A stretch of DNA of 64,000 bases, from assembly GCF_036321535.1 (NCBI RefSeq), contig NC_087437.1:99202001-99266000 (forward strand), in the 5' to 3' direction. Shown piece by piece: positions 13,101 to 27,021 of this stretch (position 1 is the first letter of the stretch; the number at the start of each line of letters is the position of its first letter). Made by a program: the position numbers and the translations under genes. Under the pieces are notes generated by a model. That model worked only from the letters and a program-made list of their open reading frames with translations. It was not told where the DNA came from and searched no databases. The stretch comes from Camelus dromedarius (taxonomy: Eukaryota).

Positions 13101-16100
13101 AAAAGACTTAGCTCCAAAGGCCTCAACTCTCTGTCCTGCAGCAGAGTATTTGAGGGTAGGCCCTGGATGCCAGTACAACCCATAAAATTTCCTCTCAAGG
13201 GAATTTGGAATCAGGTGGAAACTTACCTCATTATAGCAGGTTGGACTAGAATTATGCAGATTGCCCTTCATTGCAGGGTAGCCATATTATGGTTTATATG
13301 AAAGTGTGTAAGTGAGCTGAGAGCTGGTTTGTAGAAAGAAATGGAAGCAAACGCCAAAAGACATGGAGATGAGAAATGGTATAGCCCCAGAGTTGCTGTC
13401 TGATAAATTCATATTTTTTTTTATATTTTCTGCAATTGTGTTCTTATATTTTCTGCAGTTGTGTTCTCTGTTCCCTTATGATATATCTTTTTGAAAATCC
13501 AAGTAAGATTTTTTCTTCCCAGACCAAATAGTTTCTGACAAAGACAACTTTAAACTAGGAATATGGAATCGTGTGTTCTAGCCCCAGTTCTGTCATAAAT
13601 TCGCCATGGTCCTCCTATGGGGAATTGGGCTTTTCTCTCCTGTTCTCCTGCAGTATTATTCATAACCCTGTCACATCACTTAATACTGATGCTGTAATTA
13701 TTGATTTGAATGTCTGTCTCCCTCTTAAGAGGGGGTGGTTTTGTTCTTCTCTTCTTGGTGTCCTCAGCACCTGGTCTTGTGGTTGGCGTGTAATACATGC
13801 TCAACAACTTTCTGTTATAAAACTTTCTGTCAATAAACTGCCAACTATGTGGAGTACAAGTCATCTTGCAATTCTTGTGTGCAGTTTGCTCGGAGGGGAA
13901 GCAGAGCAGAGAGTTCTGAAGTTCCAGCTGCTTCTAAAGTTTCACCACTGATCCTTAGGTTCTTCTTGTTGATCGGAACATCTGTTGAGTGCTTCTTTTT
14001 CTTTCTTCAGTGTTGCTTACTTCAGTGAGTGCATTCTTGTCTGTTAGGAAACTGAGCATTTTCAGCATTCTGGGTATTCTTTCCTTGTTTCACTCTCTCA
14101 CATGTGTTTACGTATGTTATCACCACAGCTGGTTTAAATAAATGCTCTAGAGCTTCCTTTAAAAAAAAAAACAAACTATTTTCTGAGTGATGTGTGTGTG
14201 AGACAGAGAGAAGAATATAAAAGCCTCCTGTGTACATCCCCCAATTTCTGTAATTATCAACACCTGGCTAATTCAGCCTTTTTACTCCTCTCAGTTCCTT
14301 TACTCTGCTGGATTATTTTAAATGAATGAATCTTAGACATCGTATCAGTTTACCTGTAAATATTTCAGTATGCAATTCTAAGATTTAAGGATTTGATGGT
14401 TCCTTTTAAAAAGTTACTTTGGTTTGTAGTAATTTAAATATTTAGAAAATGAATTTCTAATACTTCTTAGACTTAAGCTAGTATCCTTAGTGATTTCCAA
14501 ATATAAAAACTAAAATTTAATTGATTTTACAAAAATGGCACGATTTGTAGCAAAAGGCAATTATAATTAAAGCGTATCAGATATCTTTCCTGTAACCTTT
14601 TAGTTGTTTTTCCTAAGTGCCTCGTCTCCCTTTTCTGTGCTTGGCTCAGGTCAGCGGAGAACTGCAGCTTGTTTCCATTGCTATACATTCCATTGTAGTG
14701 ATACGGGGCAATTCTCCAAAAGTTACTTCGAACTTTAAACTATATTGCAAACCTAATTTCAACATAATAATATGGATTCATGTTTCACTGGGCATAGCCC
14801 TTACATATTTCTCTGAAACATCTTGCTTCAGTCGTTTCAAATTATTTTCGTTTCATATGTCATGTGTAATAGCAGGGAGGAGACTATTGCTAATGTTTTT
14901 TTTTTTTCTTGGAAATTAGTTTGTCAACCTGGTGAAAATGCAAAGTTTGAGCAGATGAGCAAGAATCCTTCAATTTAATATCCTAAGCATATTAATTCAC
15001 TTAGCAAAAGCATAACAAGATTAAGTAATCAATGAGAATTTCCATTAAGTATGAGGAAATTTAGCACATAGAGAAGGCGATTAACAGCCTGTCAATGTGA
15101 TGTATTCATAAAATGGTTAAAAAGTATATCTAGTTTTATGTAGTGATGGCTGAATTCTAATGAGGTATCTTGGGCCTGAGGACAGGCATATACAGACAGT
15201 ATCTAGACTTTAACGTAATATTTCATGATGTAATATTCTATATCGAGCCTGCATGTGTGACCCTGAGATGGAAGGAGATCTTTCCCTGTCAGCCAGGTAT
15301 AAAATAAGTGTTCCGTTTCTCTAATGGTAGTCACTGAAAGGATTTTCAAAAGTTGCATTATGTCCTTGGCATTGGATGACTGTATCCAGGACCCAGAATA
15401 CTTTATATTAATGACAGTCTGAAGAAATCTTCCCCCATTGTGCAAACATCACAGTTTTTAATCACCCATACAAGATTGTTATAGAATCAAAGGCAAAGAT
15501 CATAATGGTGTAACGATCTTAGAATGTGTAACCTCAGACAGGTTTGATGTTTCTCTGCCTTTGGTTGTTAATGTACTGCTTTCTCTAGCATCAAATCTGC
15601 TAGATACTTTTTTTTCACTTTTATTTCTCACTCAATAATTTATTTCCTATCCTTTTGAATTCACTCCTCTTTTCACTGTTAGACAGCTCTCACACTGCAG
15701 AATCAACTTAGAAGCTGCCATAAATTACTTGCAATTTTTCTGTATTTTTATTTTCCATAATTTTAATAGTGTGCAAGTGCAAACTCTAAGTCAAATTGAA
15801 ACTTACAACATTAGAGTTAGGTACAGGTTAATTTTGATTTATCTCCTGTGACTTATGGATGGGTCTATAGTGAAGAGAGTGGTCATGTTCCTCTCTTTCA
15901 ATATCCATCTGTAGGAACAGATACTTCCCTTAACTTTTTTTTCACTGAATACCACAAAAATACACTGTATTTTTGGATTATTAGATGTCCCGCTTTAAAG
16001 AAATATGAAATAGAACATGTTGTTCTAATGGGAAAAAGGCAGATCTTAAATATCAGAAGGGAAGCTGTCACTGTTCCTTCCCATTCTTAGGTATCAAACA

Positions 16101-18077
16101 TGGCCATTCATTAATAGGTAAAAAGTGAAGTATTTATTAATAATTAATATGAATTAGGTAAATCAGATTTTTATTCTTCCTCTGAAATAGTAATTCCAAT
16201 TCTGAATTCAGGGAAGAACACATGAGGGAGAAAAACTGAAGCAGCATCTTTATGATAACAATAACTGAAAAACCACCCAAATATTACAAGTGAATGGTTA
16301 AATAATGGTTAAGTAAATTTTGGGACGTGCATTCAATGTGTTATTAGTTACTCATTTAAAATGACAATGGAAGTTATGAAAATTGCTCAACAATTAATAT
16401 TGTATAAAAATGAAATTTAAGGAAAGAAAAATTAAAGTGTTTAAATTGTTTTTAAACTATTACTGCAGTTGTTTGGTGATATAATTATGGACAGCCTACT
16501 TCTACTTTCTTTCATTTTGCAGTTTTCTATTACACAGATGCAACATTACCACTTAAATTCTTGTCCTGGAGAAGGTTAAACAACTTAATGTAAATCGGTG
16601 CCATGCTGTAAGCTTAATTCAGCTTATGTGTCTTGGAACAGCAACCTGCCATTAGAAGGAAAGTGTAATTATTTATTGTTTTGACATACATGATATAGTG
16701 AATATAGAAAATGTTAGTGAGAGAATGTAGGTCGGGGAGAAATATACTTATTCATTGTAAAATTCTTTCAGTTTTGTTGAAACCTTGAACTTTTTAATGA
16801 TATAATGTTGGGATAAACAACAACAAAAAATGCTCTAAGTTTTGGGCAGTCAGCTTACAGATAAGCTTTCAGAGCATCATTTCTTTGTTAAGTTGGAGGC
16901 TGTCAGTATATGATCCATTATTATTCATTTTATAATTCTGTTTTCTCTGGTACAAACTATGTGCATACAAAATGGTCAAATATTAGGGATTATGCCAGCC
17001 AATCTATAACATATAATAGTTTTTTTTCTTATGCTTTTGGTTGTCTTGACTCTAAATTTGCTTCTATGGGTTAATTATAATATTTTTACTACATTTTCTC
17101 CTAAATATCATCTTCTGTATTATTTGCCTTTGAAATTTCATTCATATGTAGACGTAACATTTGAAGAATTTATATATAGAAAAGCAAAATTACATCTTTC
17201 ACAAATGCTATTACCTTAAATATATATATATTCCCATGTATGAAATTTATTATGTCTGTTATATACAGATATACAAGTTAAACACTACTAAGAAGACTCC
17301 CTCTACAATAATGCTACAGTGAGTAGAAATGAGATATATAGTAGAAGGGGTTTTGTTATGCCTTTGTATTTAATTTGGGAATAATACATATTTCAGTGAA
17401 GTGATATTTGTATATACACATTCATATGTATACATAATTGAATACATTAAAAAATAACTGAATATAGAAATAATTGGCTTGAGATGTTCTATCTGTGAAT
17501 GTATGTGTACTAAGTTGACATGTTCAAATATAGAATTTTTCTTTTTATGAGCTCATAAATTACGTGTAAAAGGCTAGAGGCAGTATATATTCAAGATCCT
17601 GCTAGGTAAAGGGAAGATAAAAATGTATATTAGTCGTGGTGTGTACTTCTTTTTAAGTTTTTTAATCATAGCTTTTTTTTTCTAGCTTAAAAAGGTAAAT
17701 TAAGCCAGCCCTTATCAAGGAGACAGAAGACCTAATGCAAAGGCCCTTAAAGGAGTTTTTCTCAGTTGGCATTGTTCTTTGGTCAATATTTGGTGCTAGC
17801 ATTTAGATCAACCCTTTGAAGTTATAATTTGTTTAAATTTTGCTTTATTTAGGGTAGTGATAAGGAAATAAACTGATAATTTAAATTTATATTTAGTTTT
17901 CATAAATCCAACTTTATCTAGAGACTTCCCTTTAGCACCTTGCATATAAACATGCTAGCTGTCATTATTATAAAATCCCTCTACTTATGAAAAACATTTT
18001 GTACACACAGAGCCAATGGTATAAGTTTTTTGAAAGATGAAAGTTTAATACTAATTTATATAATGCAAAAATACATT

Positions 18078-19050
18078 TGTATTAGTTGGCATTAAATCTG
18101 GCTGTAACAGGAACCACCAAATAATCATAGCTTAAGCAAGAGAAAAATATATTTTTATCTCATAGTCAAGACATCTAGAAGTCAGCTCAAGCTTGTTCTG
18201 GTGTTCCAAAAGAGACCCCGGTTTTTTCTATCTGTTGTTTTACTATATATGGCTTCCATTGCAAAGGTTAACTCTTTGATCCAAGATGGCTGCTTATGTT
18301 CCAACCCTTGTATTTGCATTCCAGCCATCAGAATGGAAGAAGTCACAGGGCATATCAGTTTCCCTTAGGCAAACTTCCTGAAATTTTCAGCACTTTAGCG
18401 TATATCTCATTTGCCAAAACTTAGTCATATAGTCATACCTAATCACAGAGTAGATTGTGATATATAATTGTTATCCCATTTGGTCACATACTAAGCTAAA
18501 AATCAGGATTATCTTACTGTGACAGACAAAATAATACCCCCACCCCAAAAATATTAATGTCCTCATCCCCACAACCTGCAAATATGCTACTTTAGATTAG
18601 TAGAGACTTTGCTGATGTGATTAAGAATCTCCAGATGAAAAGAGTATTTGGGGATATCCAAGTGGGCCCAGGGTAATTTTGACAGTCCTCGCAAGTTTGA
18701 TGCACATTCAGAGAAGGAAATGGATAATGGAAGCCGTGGTTGGAGTGACATGTTTGAAAATGGAGGAAGAGGTGGAGACCTAAAGAATGCAGATGGATCC
18801 TAGAAGCTGAAAAAGACAAGAAAATAGAATATCCCTTGGAGCCTCCAGAAGGAGCCAGTCCTACCAACACTTCAAGCCCCTTAAAATTCATTTCAACTTG
18901 TAACCACCAAAACCATAAGAGAATAAATTTGTGTTGTGTTGTTTTAAGCCACCAAGTTTGTGGTAAATTTTTACAGCAGCAAAAGGAAACTGCTCTACAC
19001 TAAAGAAAAGGGAATGGATACTAGGTTCATTAGCAGTCTGCCATATGTTT
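18078..19050 (-). mobile_element. LTR33-like ERVL LTR split by the MLT1D insertion at 18518-18995
   Basis: gcttaagcaagaga...tttatctcat and tccaagatggctgct...cattccagcca on the left; resumes after the insert as taaagaaaagggaatggatac...tagcagtctgccata. Confidence 0.55.
18518..18995 (+). mobile_element. MaLR solo LTR (MLT1D-like)
   Basis: tgtgacagacaaaataat start; gactttgctgatgtgattaag; ttttaagccaccaagtttgtggtaaattttacagcagc end. Confidence 0.8.
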
Positions 19051-19608
19051 TCAGTGACATGTCCATATTTTTGGTGCCTGGATCTGTCTGAATTCTTTTT
19101 ATATTTGGATTCAGTAATTTGTGTCATTGGTAAATGAATAAATATTGTAATCTGGTAGCCTGAGTATTTAGGTTCAGATAAAGACCTCCTCAGGCTCTCT
19201 GTGTAATATTTGCCTTCCTATTCCTTAATCCCAGCATCAGCCAATCAAGTAGTGAGACTTGAGTGGAGGCCAGTGAGAGCTGTGGCCAGCGAAAGACAGA
19301 AAACTTGGGTTTGTTGGAGGAGGAAGCCCGGGAGTGGCCTGGAGTTTGAAGTCATGGCCCTTTCTGTTAGTGGCTGATGTCTGCTTCCCAGGCCTCCCTT
19401 GCTGCCTGTCTGAGTGAACCTTCCATTCCCATGCCCCCCGCCCCATACAGGCTGATGATTCATGTCTGGTAATCTCAGCTCAAATGCTACTTAACTCCTT
19501 TCTGAGGGGGATTTTGGTTGATACTCTTGACCCTAGATGATTCCCCAACTCAGACTTTATATATTTGGTGAATATTGATTCTCTTTTGTTAATTTAAGTC
19601 TTGTTCCA

Positions 19609-20140
19609 TGTAGTAAGCAGAATAATGGGCCCCCAGAGGTGTCTACTTGCCAATTTCAAGAACCAAGAAATATGTTACATTACATCACAAAGAGAAATTA
19701 TAATTGCAAATGGAATTGAGGATGCTAATCAGTAGATGCTGAGATTATCCTGGGTTATTGGGTTGGGCCCAACATATTTGCAAAGGTCCTTGAAAGTCAA
19801 AGAGGAAGGCAGGAGTTTTCAGAGTCTGGGGCAAATGGGAGTGGGGAAGAATGGTCAGAGAGATACATTGTTTTCTGGCTTTGAAAATGGAGGAAGAGGC
19901 CATGAAGCAGGAATATTGGTGGCCTCTAGAAGTTGAAAAGGACAAAAACTAAACCATACTAAACCAAGATTCTCCCCTAGAGCCTCTGGGAGAAACATAA
20001 CCCTGCCAATACCTTGATCTTGGCTCACAGAGACCCATCTTGAACTTCTGACCTCCAGAACTGTAAGATGATTAATTTGGGTTGTTTTAAGCCACTAAAT
20101 TTGTGGTAATTTGTGACAGCAGCAGTAGAAAACTAATACA
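19609..20140 (+). mobile_element. MaLR solo LTR (MLT1D-like)
   Basis: tgtagtaagcagaataatggg start; gagattatcctgggttat; ends ttaagccactaaatttgtggtaatttgtgacagcagcagtagaaaactaataca. Confidence 0.85.
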
Positions 20141-20967
20141 TCACCCCATGTATTTAAGAGGATACTTGAAAGATTAGAGGTTAAAGCACCAAACAAGAAG
20201 AGACTTTAAAGGTACAAAGATACCACTGAGGGAAGCAGAGCAAGTACAGACTGCAAAACATGCAAAAGACATTTTGCTTCACTCTTTCTGACATAAAAGG
20301 CAAAGAGAAACATTTTTGGTCACATCATTTTTTACATTCTGATGATAGCATCTAAATACACTTGAAGATGTAGCACTTTTCTTTGGACTGTACTAACACT
20401 GGGATTTGTTGACATAACCTTGCTTAGAAGACACTGAGGAACACTGAAAACCCATCTTTTAACCACCATTTAGGGAAAGATAAAAAGGGACTTTTCTCAT
20501 TGGGCCCTAAGGGAGCAAAATTTCTGTTGTGACTCATGAAGGCATCTCAGATAGGTCCAAGATTATTTTTTGAGGGATTGCTTTTTGAAAGCCTTACTTA
20601 ATGTGGCTGTACCTCCTGGAGAGAGTAGATGAAAGAAAAGTTAATTCAGTTGTTGAAAAACCAATATTCTGGTTAAGGAGAGTAAATCAGGTGCTTTTTC
20701 CTTTGGAAAAAAGTCTTTTAGATGGAGACAGGCTTAATGAATGTGAACACATGCTCTTGGCTAATCCCAGTGAGGAGGAAAGGTAAGGGTCCCCCTCTCC
20801 CAACAAAGAATAAAGTACAGTTCACCTTCAGACAGGGTAGTCTGAATAGCAGTTGTCAGGAGTGACGGTGTTGCCCACAACCATGGCTCCTTTTCTGTAT
20901 GCAAAGGGTGGGAACCAAACGTTCAGCCACAAGTCCCAGTAGGTGAAGCAAAACTACAAATGTATCA

Positions 20968-21017
20968 TTGGTTTACAATGTTGTATTAGTTTCTGGTGTA
21001 CAGCATAGTGATTCAGT

Positions 21018-21063
<46 letters not shown>
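20968..21063 (-). repeat. Short L1 3'-end fragment followed by an (AC)n microsatellite (21021-21063)
   Basis: tggtttacaatgttgtattagtttctggtgtacagcatagtgattcagttat is the antisense of a laurasiatherian L1 3' terminus. The AC run is directly visible. Confidence 0.8.
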
Positions 21064-21068
<5 letters not shown>

Positions 21069-24000
21069 GCCTTTCCTAAAAAAAAGTTATAATGTGTCTG
21101 CTTTACTATATAGTTCTATAGGCTTTATCTACTCTAGATCAGAGTCTGAAGACCTTAAAAAGGAAAATTTACTTACATAGTAAACATAGGCTTTTCTTTT
21201 AGACACTTGAATGGCTGTTACATCAGCAACCTCTTATAAAGATAAGCTGTTAAACAAAAACTAGTAAGTCCTTGAGTAATTAGCATTGTTCTCAAAATCC
21301 AGATGTTGTAAGATTGTCTTTGTCCAAAGTCTACTTTGTTGATGCAGATGGGAATCATATGTCCTCTCTGACGTCTCTAACATTGGCAGGAGGCTTTCAA
21401 TGCAAGAGCCAGACTGCATCATTTTCCTAACCTACATCTGCCTTAGAGGAATTTATGGAAGGGACCGGTTCACCTCTTCTTTAAATCCTAAAAAAGGATT
21501 TTAAAAATTTCTCAGCTTTTTCCACACTTCTCCACCACCCTGCTATATTTATCTTTAACATTTTGATTTATATAAATAGAAAAAAATTATTCTTAAAGCT
21601 CTATGGATTACTGAAGAGACTGAGGAAAATGACATACATCAAGTGCATATTCTGGGCTGGACACCAAGGAAGATATTTGAATATTTATTTCATTTAATCA
21701 TCACAGTAACATTTTAAAATAGTTCTTTTTCTATTTTATAGATGAATGTTCTACCTCTCTTTTATTGTACATTTGTCTTTTTCTCTACTTAATGGAATAG
21801 TTTTCTCAAGTTTAACTTCCAATTTTTTTCAGCTTTTTATTTTTATTGTCATGAACTTTTAATTTAATTTTGAGTAGCTTTTTTGGTTATCTAGATCTTC
21901 TTTTTGTAGCATCTTGTTATTGTCTCATGGATTAATAGTTTTTAATGTTTTCTCTGACAACATTAATGACGGTCCTTTCAAAACTTATTCTTCTGATATA
22001 GTCTTGTTTCCACCATTTTGCCTCTTTTCTTATTACTTGTTTTATTTTATGTCTTCCATACTATATTGTCAGTGTCCTATATATTTGTTTTTCTGCTTGA
22101 GATTAAGAAGTAGTGACTATAAAGCTGACAGAAGCTCTGAGCACATAAAGGAACTTAGTTATTGCGATTTTCACTATATGTAAATAACTGGTGCAATTGT
22201 TGTATGTATTACTTAGGTATGATATCTGCTGTACCTAGTAAAGTCAAAGTGTTTAATGACTAAAATACACATAAAATTATTTCTTGCTTATGTAAGAGTA
22301 TTGAACAAAAAATTATATAGGAAAGCATCCCTTCTACACACAGTCTTTTAGTGGCCTAGACAACAGAGGCTTTGCCATCTTTAATACATTATTCAAGGTC
22401 ATCTTGAAGGGCATCTATATTTTAAAGAGGTCAAAGAGAAAGGAATATGGAGGAAAGCTATGGAAAAGGTTTAATAGACCTGCCAGGCCTAGAAGAGATG
22501 CACTTGGGTTCCACTCATCTTTCATCACCATCGCTTTGCATATACATCTATAGGGTGATGGGAAAGATGACTCTGGCCAGACAGCCCCTTCCCAAGGACA
22601 AAACTATGCTATGTAAGCAAAAGATAATTTTTGTTACATACCTACTTGTCACTTCCACATTGTATGTTCATTTTACGTTATTTTTCTTGCTAAGTCAGAC
22701 TGCTCAGACAAGAAGATGTAAAATCTAGCATTATGAGAGCCAACCTAGTTAGGGAAGAAAATAGTGTGGGAAGAGTCTCAGTATCCAGAATATATACATT
22801 GATTTAAGGCTCCTTTTTAGAGTGTGGGAAACCATCCTCAAGTATGTCCACTTTGTTTCACTTTCTTTAGATTATTAGCCTTCAGTCTTATGCTGTAGTG
22901 AGAAAGGTAAATTTGCCCACACGTATGGAATAGGGGAGGATTTGCAGGGATTTAACTTCTTTATAAACATAACATAAACATTTAAAAAATTCTACTCCTT
23001 TCTATCTCTATTTCCCCAAACATCTGGTGCTTCTGATTCTTTAAACTTTCTTGGAAGGGTTTTTGGCTTTAATATTTCTGGTTGAGGATCTCATTTTCTT
23101 AGGTCTTGTAGGTCAGTCATCAGTTATTCATCTTTCAAAATTTTGTTCCACTTTTCAAAATTTTGTTTTGTTTTCCTTCTTTGTTCTTTATGCTATTGCC
23201 ATAAAAAAGAATACATTTTCTGTAGTGTAAGATCTTGACATCAAATCTGCCATTTTAACCAGAAGTTGATGGGTATAATATTTTGAAAATAATAAATGAA
23301 CACATTTTTCACCCCTGCAAGTCATATTCGCCATGTTTCTCTATAGACATTCTGCTGTTTGGCCTTAGTGAAAGAAGAATTTCCTCATGAAGAAAGAGGA
23401 TATTAAATAAAAGGAAATATCTATTATATGGGAACAAAAAATACTAACCTTCCTGATCTAAGTATGGGAAGAAAACAAGCAGAAGGAAAAGGCAGTGATA
23501 GGACATTCATGTGCCCTGGCTCTTTTTCCTCTGGGCTGAAGTCGCAAGGGAGTTTTTTTTTTATTCAATATACCACAAGATAAATTTGGTGATGCCGTTG
23601 CAGGGAGCAGGAGGGAGGGGAGGAGATAATTACTTCCCTTAACCACAGAAATTGACCAGGCACGAACTGAAAAAAAACCAAAAAACAAAAATCTGTAACT
23701 GTCTTTGAATGCTCAGGTTCATGTCCAGATTCATGCCAGAACAACACGGAGGAGGTTAGCAGTCCCTTAGTGAGGTTTCAAAATAGGAAGAACAGGAGAT
23801 AATCTACCAATTCATTGCAATCACACAGTATATAGAATATTCAGACATTCTCACATTCCCTGGTGGATAAATGCAATGAATTTGTTAAAAGGGTTGATTT
23901 TCCAACAAAGCCTGAAGCTGCAATTAAGGGGCTACCTAGCATGAGGATATTGTGACCTGGGAAATGTCATGACATGAATGAATTTCAATTTGGGGAACCA

Positions 24001-24217
24001 AGACCATGCTGCAACAGGTCCAGTAGGATCCACCTCCCTACCTCAGTAAACCTGCACAGGAGTCTAAAGACCAGGCAAGTCATGTATACAAAGAGGGTAC
24101 CATCAAGGACACAGTTCTCCATTTCTCAAAACCACGAGCTCTGTTAGTTCATCCCCTTCCCATCATTTTAAAGGAAAGGAGAATTAAATTTAAAACCTTA
24201 ATTCATTCAAAAGATGG

Positions 24218-24732
24218 CATTTATTGGCTTCCTATTGCTACTGCAACAAATTACTATATATTTAGTGGCTTAAAATAACAAAAATATATTATCTTACAGT
24301 CCTTGAGGTTGGAAGCCTAAAATGGGTATCACCAGGCTAAAATCACAACTTTGGCAGAGCCGTTGTTTGTTTCTGGAGATTCTAAGGGAGAACTCATTTC
24401 CTTTCCTTTTCCTGCATTTAGAGGCTGGCTGCCTTCTTGCCCCTCCTTCCACTTTAAAAGTTGGCAGTGTTGCATCTCTGACCATTCTTCTATACTCACA
24501 TCTCTCTCTAACTCTCTTATGCTTCCTTCTTCCACTTTTAACGACCCTTGTAATTGATTTGGGCCCATGAAAATAATCTAGGATAATCTCCCTATTTTAA
24601 GATCAGTTGATTAGCAACCTTAATTCTATCAGCATCTTTCATTCCCTTTGCCATGTAATGTATGTAACATATTTACAGATTCTGGGATTAGGATGTGGAC
24701 ATTTTTGGAGGGTCATTTTTCTGTCTACCACA
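24218..24732 (-). mobile_element. MaLR solo LTR (MLT1D-like), antisense
   Basis: cctattgctactgcaacaaattac...tagtggcttaaaataac at the left; ggataatctccctattttaagatcagttgattagcaacctt; ends tctgtctaccaca. Confidence 0.85.
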
Positions 24733-26941
24733 GGGGGAATAACTCAAAAGAGACTACTGAAACCATGAAAGATAAGACAAATTAATTGGAAAATAATTTT
24801 CCTCCTCCACGCCCAAACAACCCAACGGATGGGCATTTGATGAAAATTAGATCACTTTTAAAAAGAAGAAGCCATGTTTCTTTTGCACATCTGTGCTATA
24901 GTGCAAATAAATTTTTTACTTCACTACATGTAGACTATAATTTGATAACTTTTGAAGTAAATGACAGATTTAGAAACTACTGCTTAGTATAATTTTGGAT
25001 TTATCTCATGACTTGAGTAGAACATTACTTTCTTACTCATCCTGGAAGTTAAAAACAACATTTACTTAAATGGAAGTAATTATCCAGACTGTGAGATAAT
25101 TCTAGATGCTTGGTGGCAACTTCTCAGATGAAAGGTTTTCATTTTTCTTTCCAAGTCTTCTGCTGTTCCTTGTAAATAGAAGAACAAAGAATAGTGATTA
25201 TAGAGCATCATGGTAACAGTTCTGGAACCTGTGGTTGTTTTTTTCTAATAGAATATTTCTCTTTACATGATTCATCTGCTTGAAGTTTTTCTTTTCTCCT
25301 GGGTATTTAGATGTCATAATTCATTATGTTTTTTCCATGAAGTGCACCTTTAATAAACAATCCTAACTGAAACAACTGGAAACTTCACAAGAGAAATGAG
25401 TTTTAAAAACTGAGGTGTTAAGTGTTGTTTTTTGTTTTTTGTTTTTTTTCATAGCAGATGAACTGCTAACCCTTTTGAGGTTGTTATAAATGAGATTTAT
25501 CATAACTATGCCCTAAAAAGTATTATTTGGTAATAGATTTTTAACTGGGTGACCCGAAAGTGGCACCTCTAAAAAGTCTGTATTTCTCATATCCTATAAA
25601 AATGATCATTACTAAAAAGTTCAAGAATACTCATTTTGAATCCAAAATATGGACACTGACAATTTAAGCACTGAGTTTGTGCACAGAAGAAGCCAAATAT
25701 TTAGAGCTTTTCTGATGATTAACCTCCTCTTGTTTTGTCACCTGGATGCTTGTTATTGTGTAGAGTGACATAAACAGTGGTTTCTTGATGTTGATTATAC
25801 TATGAATATTTTCCACACTTATCTAAATGGCTTAATTTTTTTAAAAGAATGAGTCACATCAGAAGACTGACAAGTTACTTTTTAATTTATTATTTTTGCA
25901 TCTCTAAGTTGGCTCTACGTATTGAATGCCCTGTATTATTTATAAGGTTCATATGGTTGGCTGCTATTTCACATTCTTACAGCCAATTTGTGCTGAGTTG
26001 TCTCTTTTGGTGAGATCATGGTTGATTATAAGTCTAAGGTTATGCTTTTGATCTTTATTAAGGGGTTTGCTTAATTCCATTGTGGGAACACAGATGGCAA
26101 TATATTCTCCATACATTATCTTATGAACGAATGTCTTTGATCTTATGGGAGGAGACCATAAATTCCTTATCTCTAGTAAAACTCAACTAATTAAGAATAT
26201 TCTGACAGCAGGTCAGAACCATATTTTTAATATAGGATGGCAGTGTGATGGGTGGAAATACAATAAATAGTTACTAATTTTCTTTAGGTGTCATGTTTAA
26301 AATTAATGGATTCAATCTCTAAGATACAACTTAAGTCTAAGTTCTTTAGTTCAGTGATTCCAAATAAGATTTTATTGCAGAATTACTTTGGTTTGGGTAG
26401 TATGCTAGAATCTCACAGTTGCAATTTGTATTTGACATGTGAGAAGAATAGTAAAGCCTAATACTAAAATATTATAAAAGGTGCAATGTTGTTTTCAAAT
26501 ATATCTAGTAACCCAAACTGTGACAGAATGTTATAATAGGGAGTACGAAGCCTTGCCTGGTTTAATGAATTATAATACTTAAGGAAGGTCTCTTTAATTT
26601 TTTAACGTTCATTGTTTGCAAATCCCCATTTAAGGAGGTCAGAGATATGGATCATCCACTAATCTTGTTAATAAAATTAATACATTCATCAAAATCCTCT
26701 GTATAACAGTGAATTTTCAAGTGTATTCTATGTGTTAGTGGAATCTAAATGTATCTCATATTATGAGTTTTTCCTGTTTTGATTTTTACTTGGTAAAATG
26801 GATAACTAGCAATTAAGTATTATCTTTTTGATTTTCATAAGCTTTTTGTGCAATGACGGGTCAAAAATTGTGATAACTAGGTAGAAGAATTGCAGATTCT
26901 TATAATAAAAGAACAGTCATGGTGTAATATGTATTTCTATA

Positions 26942-27021
26942 TGTGTTTGTGTGTGTGTATGTGTGTGTGAGAGAGAGAGAGAAAGAGGGAGGTAGGGAGG
27001 GAGGAGGGGGAGAGAGAGAGA
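26942..27021 (+). repeat. (TG)n-(AG)n and polypurine simple repeat
   Basis: Directly visible. Confidence 0.9.

Noticed and set aside
13421..13466. 23-bp tandem duplication ttatattttctgcarttgtgttc
   Set aside because: Real but only two copies; an ordinary slippage event.
18518..20140. Two same-orientation MLT1D-like LTRs about 600 bp apart, read as one provirus
   Set aside because: The spacer contains the continuation of the LTR33-like host and unrelated sequence rather than MaLR internal sequence, and the two LTRs differ considerably. They are independent solo insertions.
22200..22660. Possible ancient ERVL-type LTR
   Set aside because: Only a vague motif resemblance; family and boundaries cannot be supported.
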